Shown here: piece after piece, positions 26,347 to 39,138 of the stretch | Layout: each line of letters begins with the position of its first letter | How positions within the stretch are numbered: the stretch's first letter is position 1 | Assembly: GCA_951406725.2 (NCBI GenBank) | Contig: OX597819.1 | Span: 51,584,001 to 51,648,000 of the forward strand | Length of the DNA: 64,000 bases | Reading direction: 5' to 3' | DNA from: Octopus vulgaris | Taxonomy: Eukaryota | Made by a program: the position numbers and the translations under genes | The notes under the pieces: model-generated | Told to the model about the DNA's origin: nothing | Database searches by the model: none | What the model saw: the letters and a program-made list of their open reading frames with translations, nothing else

Positions 26347-27038
26347 ATTCGAACCATTCTGCCTGTTCACCATCCTAATAAGAGATTAACAATTAACTAA
26401 AATCATTATAATTAATGCTCAGTTTGAAATTTTCAGGTTAGTAGAGAGGATCGAATTCTAAAAGGTCTCATGTTCCGGAGGAGGCCTAGTGGGGCAGATT
26501 TTAGCGAAAGTTATATCATGTGACATAATGTTGGAATGATAAGCGATGAAGGAGACGTATGTTGGGATGTACTCTTTACTCTTTTACTTGTTTCAGTCAT
26601 TTGACTGTGGCCATGCTGGAGCACCGCCTTTAGTCGAGCAAATCTACCCCAGGACTTATTTTTTGTAAGCCTAGTACTTATTCTATCGGGTTCCTTTTGC
26701 CGAACCGCTAAGTTACGGGGACGTAAACACACAAGCATCGGTTGTCAAGCGATGTTGGGGGGACAAACACAGACTCACAAACACACGTACATATATATAT
26801 ATATATATTTCTTTACTACCCTCAAGGGGCCAAACACAGAGGGGACAAACAAGGACAGACAAAGTGATTAAGTCGATTCCATCGACCCCAGTGCGTAACT
26901 GGTACTTAATTTATCGACCCCGAAAGGATGAAAGGCAAAGTCGACCTCGGCGGAATTTGAACTCAGAACGTAACGGCAGACGAAATACGGCTTCGCATTT
27001 CGCCCGGCGTGCTACCGTTTCTGCCAGCTCGCCGATAC

Positions 27039-27113
<75 letters not shown>

Positions 27114-27538
27114 TATACATATATATATATATGTCCCCCCAACATCGCTTGACAACTGATGCTGGTGTGTTTACGTCCCCGTAACTTAGCGGTTCGGCAA
27201 AAGGAACCCGATAGAATAAGTACTAGGCTTACAAAAAATAAGTCCTGGGGTAGATTTGCTCGACTAAAGGCGGTGCTCCAGCATGGTCGCAGTCAAATGA
27301 CTGAAACAAGTAAAAGAGTAAAGAGTACATCTCAACATACGTCTCCCTTATCGCTTATCATTCCAACATTATGTCACATGATATAACTTTCTCTAAAATC
27401 TGCCCCACTAGGCCTTCTCCGGACCTTTTAGAATTCGATCCTCTCTACTAACTTGAAAATTTCAAACTGAGCATTAATTATAATGATTTTAGTTAATTGT
27501 TAATCTCTTATTAGGATGGTGAACAGGCAGAATGGTTC

Positions 27539-27542
<4 letters not shown>
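26347..27542. repeat. Inverted duplication with ~415-bp arms (26347-26765 / 27132-27542) comprising unique flank plus SINE A 3' half
   Basis: attcgaaccattctgcctgttcacc...gttggggggaca reverse-complemented; near-identical ORFs 26511-26738(-) and 27159-27386(+). Confidence 0.95.
26807..27034 (-). mobile_element. SINE family B, intact monomer in the spacer of the inverted duplication
   Basis: Close match to the reverse complement of 2040-2270. Confidence 0.92.
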
Positions 27543-27591
<49 letters not shown>

Positions 27592-27620
27592 CAAAAATAA
27601 GCAACAAGAATGGATCCAGT

Positions 27621-27710
27621 AATTAGTACAATTGTTTCATACTATAACAATTTATTAAAGCTGCAGATATTACAGCAGATATTAATATGTCAAGTAATCT
27701 TCAGCTAATT
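27621..27710 (-). ncRNA. Type I hammerhead ribozyme with extended stem II
   Basis: AAUUAG-CUGAAGA-[uUACU UGACA UAUUAA uaucu GCUGUA auauc UGCAGC u UUAAUA aau UGUUA u AGUA u]-GAAAC-AAUU-GUA^-CUAAUU: canonical core, 6-bp stem I, palindromic stem III, GUA cleavage triplet. Confidence 0.85.
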
Positions 27711-28376
27711 TCATATAGGTTTTCCAATAATGTACAGTTCTCAGATCAATTAGTAACATCCTAGAGAAGGTTGACAGCCTACTCTATTATTTCTGTAAGA
27801 AATAATAGAGTAGGCTGTCAACTCTGTTCTTTGGAGACCTACGAGATTTTAAATTATCGAAATAATAAAAATCTACTAAATAATCGGCTAGAGCTAGGTC
27901 TGTCTTGCAGTCATTCAAAAATTAGAACTTTCAAATATTTTATATAGAAATTTTAAGGTTTTCCTACTTTTTCTAACTGTATCTTTTTAATATAATAATA
28001 ATATGAAATATACTATACCAACCTTTAACTGACTTTTATAGTCAACTAAAGTAACCTTACTTTAATCATGGAATTGCACATTTTCCCAATTCTATTCTAA
28101 ATTTAACATGTAATACTATTCCCCTAGTTATAAAATTCGATATTTTTTTGCCCTTCTTTTCTCCAGCTAACTTGCTCCCTTAACCTGCCCCTACTACCAT
28201 TCTTATAACTAGGGAAATTTTTCTTGCAACAGTTAACTGTGAACTTAATCTTGGTCTGCTTGGCATCCTACTTCATGTTCCTGAAATTCATATCTACAGC
28301 TTTATCGGTATATTTACCTTCTCTAGGATGTTACTAATTGATTTGAGAACTGTACATTATTGGAAAACCTATATGA

Positions 28377-28465
28377 AATTATCTGAAGATTACTTGACAT
28401 ATTATATCTGCTGCAATATTTGCAGCTTTAATAAATTGCTATAGTATGAAACAATTGTACTAATT
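28377..28465 (+). ncRNA. Type I hammerhead ribozyme, second copy
   Basis: aattat-CTGAAGA-...gctgca atatt tgcagc...-GAAACAATTGTA-ctaatt; one stem I mismatch next to the core. Confidence 0.78.
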
Positions 28466-28589
28466 ACTGGATCCATTCTTGTTGCTTATTTTTGATTATA
28501 ATCACCCCGCATAATTTTATGAGTAATACCATAAAAAATTCTGGTGCATCTAAATTAAGAACCATATTCATTTGAATCTAAATTGTTTG

Positions 28590-28629
<40 letters not shown>

Positions 28630-28630
28630 T

Positions 28631-28794
28631 ACGACGGGCTTCTTTCAGTTTCCGTCTAACAAATCCACTCACAAGGCTTTGGTCGGCCCGAGGTTATAGT
28701 GGAAGACACTTGCCCAAAGTGCCACGCAGTGGGACTGAACCCGGAACCATGTGGTTGATAACCAAGCTACTTACCACACAGTCACTCCTGCGCC
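28631..28794 (-). mobile_element. SINE family A 5' half
   Basis: acgacgggcttctttcagtttccgtc...ttaccacacagtcactcctgcgcc. Confidence 0.9.
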
Positions 28795-29659
28795 TATTGT
28801 ATGCATAAATTTGTATATTTATGTCAGTTCATGCGAGTACATGTATATGTGCTTACCCACTAATCTGTTTGTGTGCTAGTTATGAGTTTTCTATGGAATT
28901 TTATAAAGTGTATTCAAATTCTAATGGATCGACTATGGATAATATCCTTTCTCCTCATCTACCTTACCTTGGACATTAATGTCTTGAGTCCTAAAGTCAC
29001 TCTCGCATATACGTGACCGAGGTCACAACATTCCCACAACGCGACGCCGATCCGGGAATCAAAATGTCGATATTGCTTTCGTGGGTGTCATATGATAACC
29101 ACCTTTTAAATTGTTATATATTGTTTATGTAAAATGCTGCAAAATTGAAGAGATGGTAATGGCGATTAAATCAGCTTTAGCACATAGCCGGGTTATATCA
29201 ACTCATTTTATTAATTCCGGAACGATGAAATAAAAAGTTGACATTGGAAAGAATTATTTTCAGATTCTGAATTATATCTGATGTTGTTCTCGATTCTGCC
29301 ATCCATTGGAAACTATAAAGACGAAAGGAAGTGCAAGATATTCAAATTTTCAGAAGAGAAGGAACATTTATCCCTCGTGTCTGCAAAAGAACCATTTTAA
29401 AATGACAGTTGATTGTATATAAAAGTGCACATGATGACAACAAAATTATATGGCATGTATGTGTGTATGCGCGCGCGCGTGTGTGTATGTGTCTATGGTT
29501 TTATATTCAGTTATAATAGAAACAATTTTACATTAATCTGAAGAATTACTTTATACTTTCGTAGCGTACAAATTTATTATTCTTTAACGAGAATACTATT
29601 GACACGGGCTTCTAAGTTTCGGTCAGCTAAGCCACCACCGGACTCATATATATCTGTGT

Positions 29660-29739
<80 letters not shown>

Positions 29740-29754
29740 GTGCCTTTAGTAGAA

Positions 29755-29810
<56 letters not shown>

Positions 29811-29934
29811 ATACATATAGTAATGTATATGCTTTGTGTATTTTCCGGTGGCTGCAACGGCGTAGCAGAGTATATAACTCTCATATTGTCGGTATTAAAA
29901 CACCTTAGATTCATGGACAGGTGAGATAACTCAC

Positions 29935-30032
29935 CTTCAATCCCATTTGGGAGTAATAGACATTAATGTTTCGCTTATTTTGTGGATTTTCAACATCACG
30001 TACCCGCCTGGATTGAAGCAACGACTTATATG
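29935..30032 (-). CDS. Candidate internal exon (YKSLLQSRRVRDVENPQNKRNINVYYSQMGLK; alternative acceptor at 30007)
   Basis: Consensus donor aag/gtgagt, phase 0; acceptors ccacaag (30032) or ttcaatccag (30007). Confidence 0.3.
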
Positions 30033-30216
30033 CTTGTGGACAGATAAATTGAATATATAAACATGCACACATTTGTTTATGTATATGTATATATGTATAT
30101 AAATTCATACACACACACACGCATACTTGCATTCAAGTTAATATATGTATGTACATGTTCTTTCACAGATAATCATAAATAAATATATACTAAAAAAAAA
30201 TGTACACACAAATAAA

Positions 30217-30594
30217 TGTTTCTTTATTAGCCGCAAAGGGTTGAACACAGACAGGACAAATTACAAAGTAGGGCTTTTCTTTTGGGGGAGAAAAAAAAGT
30301 GGGGTAGGTTTTCAATCAAAAGGGATCGTAAAAAGGAAAGAAAAAGCGATCAATAGGTATCATGTATCACAGAGATGTCATGGTGTAAAGTGTAAAGAGG
30401 GAAGCAGATAAGGCTTATCCGTGGAAAGAAAAGCCTACGGAAAAGACCGCGGTAACCTCGGTCAATAATATCACATGTTAACACATTTATTTGCAAGTAA
30501 GTAACTCTCTGTTTTAAATTTTTCTGGATTCATAGGATTATGTTCAAGGTAGCTTCGTCATTCATACGTGCCATCCTTGCTACATTCACCCATC
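30217..30594 (-). mobile_element. 3' end of a LINE, possibly L1/Tx1-like
   Basis: Minus strand ORF end WVNVARMARMNDEATLNIIL* followed by a ~310-nt UTR ending ...ctgtgttcaaccctttgcggctaataaagaaa; clade assignment from recollection only. Confidence 0.5.
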
Positions 30595-31724
30595 AACAAA
30601 AGTACTCGTACATCACCTTGTTTTTACCGCTACAACTACTGCGTAGTTGCTCCTCCATACACTTTTGCGTTCATCTTTTCCTTTCAAACTTTCTCCCTCT
30701 ACGGTCTCAATTCCCAACCTCTTCTTCTTTAACAATATCCTTTGCATAGATCACACACACAACATACACACGTGCCCGCACAGACGCAACACTTAATCAC
30801 AATTCCATAGTCTCACTAAACTCAATCCGTATTTAACCGTATTTGCTCTGTGCATCTAGCCTAGAACAACGATTTTATAGAACCGACACTTTGTCTACAA
30901 TTTCATATGTATGTAGGGGTTTATATATGTGCAGCAGATCATCAGGCAGGAAAGGGCTGTGGTGGTGGCAGGGATGAAGAAGTGTGTCACATGGTCATGA
31001 GCCATTCTCATTCTCTCAAACATTCTAAACTCGATTCATTGTGATAACTCACTTTCTCGACGGTATACTTGGTATTTAGAAAGTGATAATAACATGCCGT
31101 ACATTGATAAATGTACTTAGCGATTAGTTATTTGGATTCGCTAATATGCTGACTAGATTTGAGATACCGATAACGAGGGATAAATATTGCTGGTTACGGC
31201 GAAGATTTATTCAAAGATTACTGCGTTTGAATGTTGCCTTTATACGTTGTCATCACATCAATAATTGCTTCCCTTCTTTTTGCTTTTTCTCTTTTTCTTA
31301 TTTTTTTTTATCTATTATTTATTCTTTTTTATTCATTTATTTATTTTTTTATTTTTTGGCTTTACTATATCTATAATAAACGATTCCATTTTAGAAATTG
31401 ACTCATATCGTATCTATTATATTGACATATACAAACTACTGTAGTATTTGCTGTCGATAAAAGTAATCTATTTGCATATATTTTCGAGGATTGCCAATCA
31501 ACGGAAAGCAATTTTTCTTTATTCTTTCCTCTTTTTTTTTTTTTTTTTTTTGTTTTTTAGTACGTTAGTTTCCATTTCCATTAAAACCAGCAAGCTCGCT
31601 CTTGAAAGAAACTTAAGAACTCAAATATAAGTGTCATAACTTCTTACACGCGCTTTGAGTACTGTTACATAAATAACAAACGAAGTAGTCAGGTCACATT
31701 TACATTATCTATATGTAGCAATTG

Positions 31725-32065
31725 AAATGCTTAGTGCTGTTTCGTCTGTCTTTATGTTCTGAGTCCAAATTCCGTCGAGGTCGACTTTACCTTTTTATCT
31801 TTTCGGGGTCGATAAATTAGGTACCAGTTGCGTTCTGGGGTCAATCTAATCGACTGGCCCCCTCCCCAGAAGTTTCTGGCCTTGTGCCTATAGTAGAAAA
31901 GAATCGTTTGCACACCGGACGAAATTCCTAACGGTATTTCGTCTGCCGCTACGTTCTAAGTTCAAATTCCGTCGAGGTCGACTTTGCCTTTCATCCTGAT
32001 GTCGATCTAATCGACTGGCCCCCTCCCCAAAAATTTCGGACCTTGTACCCGGAGTAAAAAAGATT
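31725..32065 (+). mobile_element. SINE family B partial copies in tandem (another at 32948-33150)
   Basis: gagtccaaattccgtcgaggtcgactttacc...cggggtcgataaattaggtaccag...ggccttgtgcc. Confidence 0.85.
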
Positions 32066-33179
32066 ACTGTGCTCCTATCTTTGAAATGTTGCTCTCCCCA
32101 CTTCCAACTTCCAGTCATTTCCAAAACGGAGTTGACTAAAGATACGGACCACAATTTTTGCTTCCTTACAACGTGTTTTTTGCTGCTCTTTTCATTTTTC
32201 ATCGTTCTTTTTATCTTCTTTCTTTTGATAAAGTGCTGCCATCCGAAACGTTGGATTGGGCTGAATAATGAACTAATGATGAAAGCTATTATGGTATTTT
32301 TTATTTTATCTTTTGTGTTATTATTGTCATGATTTATCTATTTATATCTATTTGAATAACATCTCTCTCACACACACTCTCTCTCTCTCTCACTCAGTCT
32401 CTTTCTATTTATATTTATCCACTTATGCATATTTATAGGGAGAAAGAGGAGGGAAGAAGAAGAGAGAGCCGAAAGTCAGAGAGACAGAGAGAGAGAACAA
32501 GAGCGAGATTAGTAATACTTATGTACATGCATGCTTGTGTCTCTTATAATATGTGTAATATATAGGTACATATACATGAGAGCGGGTATATGTATGTATG
32601 TGTATGTGCGCGTGTGTGTGTATGTTTATGTGTGTGCACGTGCACGGTTCAGCCGAAATCACAGCTAATGCCACGAAAAGGTTATTCAACCGTACCACTT
32701 ATCAAATCAATACACTCAACAAACATCTACGTAGAAAATAATAAAAGTACATTTTTCCACGTACATTGTTGTCATTTAATTCCAGGTTGGCACTCCTTTA
32801 GCAGACCTATGAACAAAGCCTTCTAGCCATGACCGTCCCGTTGTTTTTTGTTCGCTTGTTTGTTTGTATATTTTTTAAGCGTCATATAACAAAACACATT
32901 AACTAATATGGATATAGACAGCGTTTTTAATAATAACTTGTTGCCAAGGCGGTGAACAAGCAGAATCGTTAACACATCGTGTAGAACACTTAACGGCATT
33001 TCGTTCGTCTATACGTTCTGAGTTCAAATTCCGTCTAGGTCGACTTTACCTTTCGTGCTTTCGGAGTCGATAAAATAGGCATCAGTCGATGTAATCCACT
33101 TACCCTCTCCCCTGAAATTGCTGGCCTTGTGTCAAAATCTGAAACCAAAAATAATTAGTAGCATTGTGATTTAAAATTG

Positions 33180-33473
33180 TTTATTCCTTCTACAGCCACG
33201 CCTCGCTCATAAGGGCTGGTTTCCCGGTTTCCTTGGTGTATAGGATCCCCACCTAGACGGGACGCCGGTCCGTTGCAGGTGAGCTGCAAGATGCAGGAGG
33301 AAAGAGTGAGAGAAAGTTGTGGCGAAAGAGTCAGCAGAAGTTCGCCATTACCTTCTGCCGGAGCCGCGTAGATGTTTCGCTCGTAAACACACACATCGCC
33401 AGGTCTGAGATTCGAACCCACAATTCTTCGACCGCAAGTCCGCTGCTCTAACCACTAGACCATGTGCCTCCAC
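33180..33473 (-). mobile_element. tRNA-derived SINE, head C + tail 1 variant
   Basis: Minus: ggaggcacatggtctagtggttagagcagcggacttgcggtcg...ggttcgaatc...ctctttcgccacaactttctctcac...ggcgtcccgtc...gaaaccgggaaacc. Confidence 0.85.
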
Positions 33474-33769
33474 GTGATTTAAAATAAAATTGATTATTTT
33501 TATAAGGTTGAACTGTTGTCTAGATGCTCCCTCGGTTTGCTTATTGAGTTATTGTGGTTGTTGTTAATGCAATTGCTGCGCTTCTGTTAGTTACAGGTCA
33601 TCCCTGACTGAATAAACCTATGGTAAATAACTGCTAGGCCCATAAGGTATAGTCCCTCGTCTATTTCTTCCGGCCCATATTTGCACTTCTTTGAGAACCA
33701 TATGTATTCAATAACACACTACAACCACTGTCTCAATAACAATCTGTTACCTCACAACAATCACGCTCA

Positions 33770-34147
33770 GGCGTGGCTGTGTGGTAAGAAGCTTGCTATC
33801 CAACTGCATGGTTCCGGGTTCAGCTCCAATGCATGGCACTTTGGGCTAGTGTCATCTACTAACCCTCGGCTCGACCAAATGCTTGTGAGTGGATATGGTA
33901 AAGGGAAACTCAAAGAAGCTCGTCGTACATATATACATATATACATAAATACATGTGTGTGTGTCTTTGCATCTGTTTTTGTTACCAACCACCGCTTGAA
34001 AACCGGTGTTGGTGTGCTTATGTCCCCGTAGCCTAGCTTTTCGACTTTTCAAAGAAAAAGAGCATTGCTATCGATTCATTCAACTAAAACTGCTTTAAGA
34101 CGGTGCCCCAGCATGGCTGCAGTCGACTGACACAAATAAGAGATAAA
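33770..34147 (+). mobile_element. SINE family A inserted into a minisatellite
   Basis: ggcgtggctgtgtggtaagaagcttgc head; cggtgccccagcatggctgcagtc tail. Confidence 0.85.
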
Positions 34148-34169
34148 TGATTATCTCACAAACGAATGC

Positions 34170-34343
34170 TCATAACAATCACTGTTATCTCACATCAATC
34201 TCTATTATCTCACAAAAATCACTACTATCTCACAACAGTCACTATTATCTCGCAACAATCACTATTATCTCACACAAATCACTACTATCTCACAACAGTC
34301 ACTATTATCTCACAACAATCACTGTTATCTCACAACAATCACC
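34170..34343 (+). repeat. 20-bp minisatellite (tcactattatctcacaacaa), ~9 copies; degenerate units also at ~33710-33765
   Basis: 20-nt periodicity directly visible. Confidence 0.93.
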
Positions 34344-34487
34344 ACTTAACAAACGAGATACTGTCTCATCCTGCGTCCTTTAACGTGATTGATTAAAACT
34401 TCTGCTCATCTTAACCAGTTAGTTACGATGCAGGTGGTGGTGGTGGTAGAGGGGAAACACTGACACAAACACACACACATATATATA

Positions 34488-34650
34488 AGTTCAGCAAAAT
34501 TTAGATTCAGATGAATATGGTACTTAAGTCAAAGGCACCAGAATTTTGTATGGTATCCATATAAATCAATGGGGGTGATTTTTTATTAAAATAAGCAACA
34601 AGTACATCCGAGGTAGAGTGGTACAATTGCTTCACACAATTGTTTGATAT
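34488..34650 (-). mobile_element. Truncated relative of the 27588-28591 element (3' half of HHR + terminal sequence)
   Basis: Minus gaagcaattgtacc...cttgttgcttatttt...atcacccc...aaaattctggtgc...ccatattcatctgaatctaaatt aligns by eye to 28448-28585. Confidence 0.8.
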
Positions 34651-34661
34651 ATATATATATA

Positions 34662-35812
34662 ATACGACTGGCTCCTTTCAGTTTCCGTCTACCATTTCCA
34701 CTCACAATGCTTTGGTCGGCCCGAGGTTATAGTAGAAGACACCTTTCCAAGATGCCACGCGGTGGAAATGAACCCGGAACCATGTGATTGAGAAACAAAC
34801 TTCTTAAATCTACCAAATTTCTCCTTTTCTCCGCGTTTTTCGAATTGTAAATCCTTGTTGATTACTTGACTAAATTCTTTCTCTGCAAAACTGATAACCT
34901 TTACACATTGCCCACCCTCTCTCTAAACCATGTGTTTTCTCTACAAACATGACACTCATATTGGTTTCAAATTTTGGCACCAGGCCAGCAATTTCGAGGA
35001 TGTGGGTAACTCGATTACATCGACTCCACTTGAGTACTGGTACTTATTTAGCGATCCCGGAAGCATGAAAGGAAAAGTCGACCCCGGCGGTATTTGAACT
35101 CAGAGCGTACAGACGATGAAATATCGCTAAGCATTTTGCACGGTTTGCTAACAATTCTATCAGCTCGCTGCCCCAACTTGACCTAAACAATAACAGGGTC
35201 TCTCACACGGAATACTCTGAGTTATCTCTCTCTTGTTCTACTTACGTTCATACTGATCGTCAGCAACATCAATTACACTATCAAGGGAGGACATAAAAAT
35301 GCAATAAAGTTTTTCCACTTTTACTCTAACTCACAAAATTTTTCTGGCATGTTGTGATTTATCGTACAAGACTAACTGTGGCTGTTGGAGCATGTTGAAT
35401 TTAATCCATTCTCCATTTTGTTCTTCATTGACTTTAAGTTCATGTCGGGGCGACAAGACAGATTTACGTCTAATAATTAGGCAAGATATTTATCGTTTCT
35501 CTTCATTCCAGCCTTTGGTTTGGATTTAATAATTTCGTTGATGCTGTGATTAATTTTGTATGCTTGTTGCATCTGTGCATGCTGAGAGAGAGAGAGAGAG
35601 AGCGAGGCGGGGATTATTTTAACACGTTTCAGTCATTTGGCTGCGGCTATGCTGGAGCACCACTTTAAAGGGTCTTAATCGCCCCCAGGACTTATTCTTT
35701 GAAAGCCTAGTACTTATTCTATCGGTGTCTTTTGCCGAACCACTAAGTTACAGGGAGAGAAACACACCACCATCAGTTGCTAAGCGATGGTGGTGGAAAC
35801 ACATACACAAAG

Positions 35813-35845
<33 letters not shown>

Positions 35846-35870
35846 TATACATATATATATATATATATAA

Positions 35871-35952
<82 letters not shown>

Positions 35953-36298
35953 TAAAAAATATACAAACTGGGACAAGAACGTGAAACATTTAGAAGCCGA
36001 CACAAAAAACACGGACGGGACATTCGAAGCCTTCAATCTTCAGTCAAGAACCGGATCATCTTCGCAATTTCGGCTGATTAATCTTGAGATTGCTCCGACC
36101 TGGGCAGCCCCAAAGGAAAATCTAAGCCATATAATATGACGGGCTCCTTTCAGTTTCCGTCTACCCTTTCCACGCACAATACTTTGGTCAGCCCGAGGTT
36201 ATAGTAGAAGACACCTTTCCAAGATGCCACGCAGTGGAACTGAACCCGGAGCGATGTGATTGAGAAACAAACTTCTTACCACACAGCCAAACCTGCCT
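34662..36298 (-). mobile_element. Cluster of minus-strand SINE pieces: A 5' halves (34662-34805, 36137-36298), B (34960-35172), A 3' half (35620-35810)
   Basis: Match to the family sequences elsewhere in the window. Confidence 0.85.
35246..35277 (-). CDS. Candidate 32-nt micro-exon (VIDVADDQYE)
   Basis: Pyrimidine-rich acceptor tttttatgtcctcccttgatag and donor aac/gtaagt; only one open frame (phase 2 to 1). Confidence 0.3.
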
Positions 36299-37792
36299 CT
36301 ATGACATATTTAAGAATGATGTTATACTAGAATTCTATGGTATTCTATATCCGATTGTGCATTTCGTTGCAAGAAATTGGAAAAAGAAAAGCTGTCTTCA
36401 TTTGCACAACCAGAGCGAGACGTTCATTTTAATTGGTACCATCTGTTTCAACCCTTTATAAGGGGCCGGTGAGGGTGTGCTAATTACGAAGTCGTTCGAT
36501 CTAAAGAAATAGCAGTGAAAGGTTTCTAAAAGCAACATCACGTTCCCTTAAACGAAAGAGGTCACATTACATAATGTAGTCCTAGATACACTTAAACCGA
36601 CGGAATGGTTACAGAGAGAATTCGTTCGAGATTTCGTGTGTCCCTGTCTAAGCAGAATTGCCTGTCTCGGGTGTTAAACAATATCAACTGTTTATGAATC
36701 TCAACGTCCAATTTCAACAGTGATATAATAATGATTCTGATAGATGTGGCGATGGTGAAGCTAACAATGATGATGGTGGTGGTGATAATGATGATGGTGG
36801 TGGTGGTGGCAGTGGTGGCAGTAGTGGTGGTGCTGGTGGTTGTTGTTGTTGTTAAGCAACAAGACTGGTAAGGGTGATTAGGTGATGGTCTAGGGCTTAG
36901 GGGCGGGAGACCCCAGACCTTGGAAAAAAAAACTTTCGTCGTCTTGTTGTAGTCGAGGGCTCTTCGTTGACGTCCGACACCACTGGGAGGTGGTCTTCGA
37001 AGTCGCTGGAAATGGAGATCTCCAGGTCCAAATTCTTGAACGGCTGGTGCTGGTGGTGGTGATAATGGCGATGACGAAAGTGGTGGTAGTTGTAGTGGTG
37101 GTGGTGGTGGTGGTGGTGGTGGGGTGGGTGGGGTGTTGTTGCTGGTGATGGTTGTGGTAGTAGTGGTGGTTGTAGAGGTGATAATGATGACGATGATGAT
37201 GATGATTATGGTGGTGTTTGTTGTTGTGGTGGTGGTTGTGATTGTTGTGTTGGTAACGGTGATTGTTGTAGTGGTGGTGATATTTGCCGTTGCTGTTGTT
37301 ATGATGGTGATGGTGGTGGTAGTGGTGGTGGTATTGGTGGTGGTGGTCATGGCTGTAATGGTGGTGTTGAGGGTGATGATGACGATGGTAATGATAGTGA
37401 TGACAACAACGATGATGACCCTCAAGTTCCTCATCTTCACTTCCTTTACTCAGCGCTGACTCCCTTCACCACTAACCCCACCGCCACTACCGCCATCACC
37501 AACACCAATACCACCGCCATTACTCCTACAATTACTAGTGAAAGTAGGTATTGTTTTTTTTTTTTTTTTTTTTTTTTGTAGTTGGGTGTTGTTATTTCAT
37601 ATAGCATTATTAGTTGTTGTGATTGTTCGTTTATCCTGAAAACACCCATCTCTCTTCTCTGTTTAGCGCTCACTAAAACCATTTAATACCAACAAAGGTT
37701 TCTCGAGACTGTAATTTCATTCATCTCAGATCCTCCAGACCAGAAATTTAATCAAGTTAAATAAAAAAAAAAAAAAAGAATTTCTTCACAAT

Positions 37793-37823
<31 letters not shown>

Positions 37824-37834
37824 ACAATACGAAC

Positions 37835-37893
<59 letters not shown>

Positions 37894-38361
37894 AAGAAGA
37901 AAGTTAACGACGGTGATTATAACGCCATGTTTGTTCGCTGACATAGTTACTTGCAAACAAAAGCACAGAAAAGTGTACATACACACACACTCACACACAT
38001 ACACACATATATATGTACACACGCACACATATATATATATACACATATACACACAAATAGAAAGAGAGAGGGGGGAGTGAGAGAGTGAGAGGGAGAGAGA
38101 GATATTCGCGTATATGTATACAAACAAAAATAGACAAATAGGCAAGGAACAATTTTGTTTATAAATCTTGTTTTATACACTCCTCTTTTAGCCTTATAGA
38201 AATGTGTATACATACCTACACACATACATACACACACACACACATAACACACACACACATAACACAGACACACAGACACACACACATATATATGTATATA
38301 ATACATATGCATATATGTGCATATGCATGCATGTATGTATATATATATATATATATATATG

Positions 38362-38408
<47 letters not shown>

Positions 38409-39102
38409 GATTGTGTAGTTATGTGTGTGTGTGTAGGTATGTATGTATATGAACAGGCTGCAAATTACAGCTGACACATCAATATATACCATATATACCA
38501 CATAAAACATTATATATTTTAAGCAACAAAAGACATCGCAAAATGCTTGAAGAAAAGAAAACCCGCAGCCATTGATGGGAATCGAACCACACCTGTCTTG
38601 CTTATCGCATGGTTAGCTAATGTTTCAGTCGCAAATTACAGTCGATTTTATCGACTCTTTCTCTCAATGTATATAGATAGGCTTGTGCCAATATTTGAAT
38701 ATAATAAGCTTTATGTGTCTGGGCACGTTATGTGTGCGTTTGTGTGTCAGGGACGGAGAGAGAGAAAGGTAGACGGACAGACAGTCAGACAGTCAGACAG
38801 ATAGATAGAAAAACAAAAAGACAGACAGATAAACACGCCCACACACACAGAGCCAGTCAAACAGAGAGTATGAAAGATAGGAAAAGAAAATTGGAAATCG
38901 AGAGATATGTTATGAAAGAGAAAAATGAAGCTCGTCCGTTTATATACAAACCTATATATATATTTATGTATGTATATATGTATATATATATATGTATGTT
39001 TGTATATTGGGAGAATTTACAAAAAAAAAAAAAAAAGACGAAGACAGGTGGTGTAAACAACAAACAGATGTATTAGTATAACGCTCGGGAAGTGAAAAAA
39101 GT

Positions 39103-39138
39103 CTTTAACGTTTCGAGCCTACGCTCTTCCACAGAAAG
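39103..39138 (-). ncRNA. Minimal type I hammerhead-like motif, variant core
   Basis: CUUU-CUGUGGA-A-GAGCguagGCUC-GAAACGUU-AAAG. Confidence 0.55.

Larger units (their letters stand above)
27588..28591. mobile_element. Non-autonomous PLE-like element with inverted HHR-containing terminal repeats, embedded in (TA)n
   Basis: Arms 27588-27772 and 28316-28500 are reverse complements; internal perfect hairpin 27771-27821; homologous fragment at 34488-34650. Confidence 0.75.

Noticed and set aside
36592-37459. 282-aa Thr/Pro-rich ORF resembling a mucin or formin
   Set aside because: Built from (GGT/GAT)n low-complexity sequence open on both strands; no domain recognised
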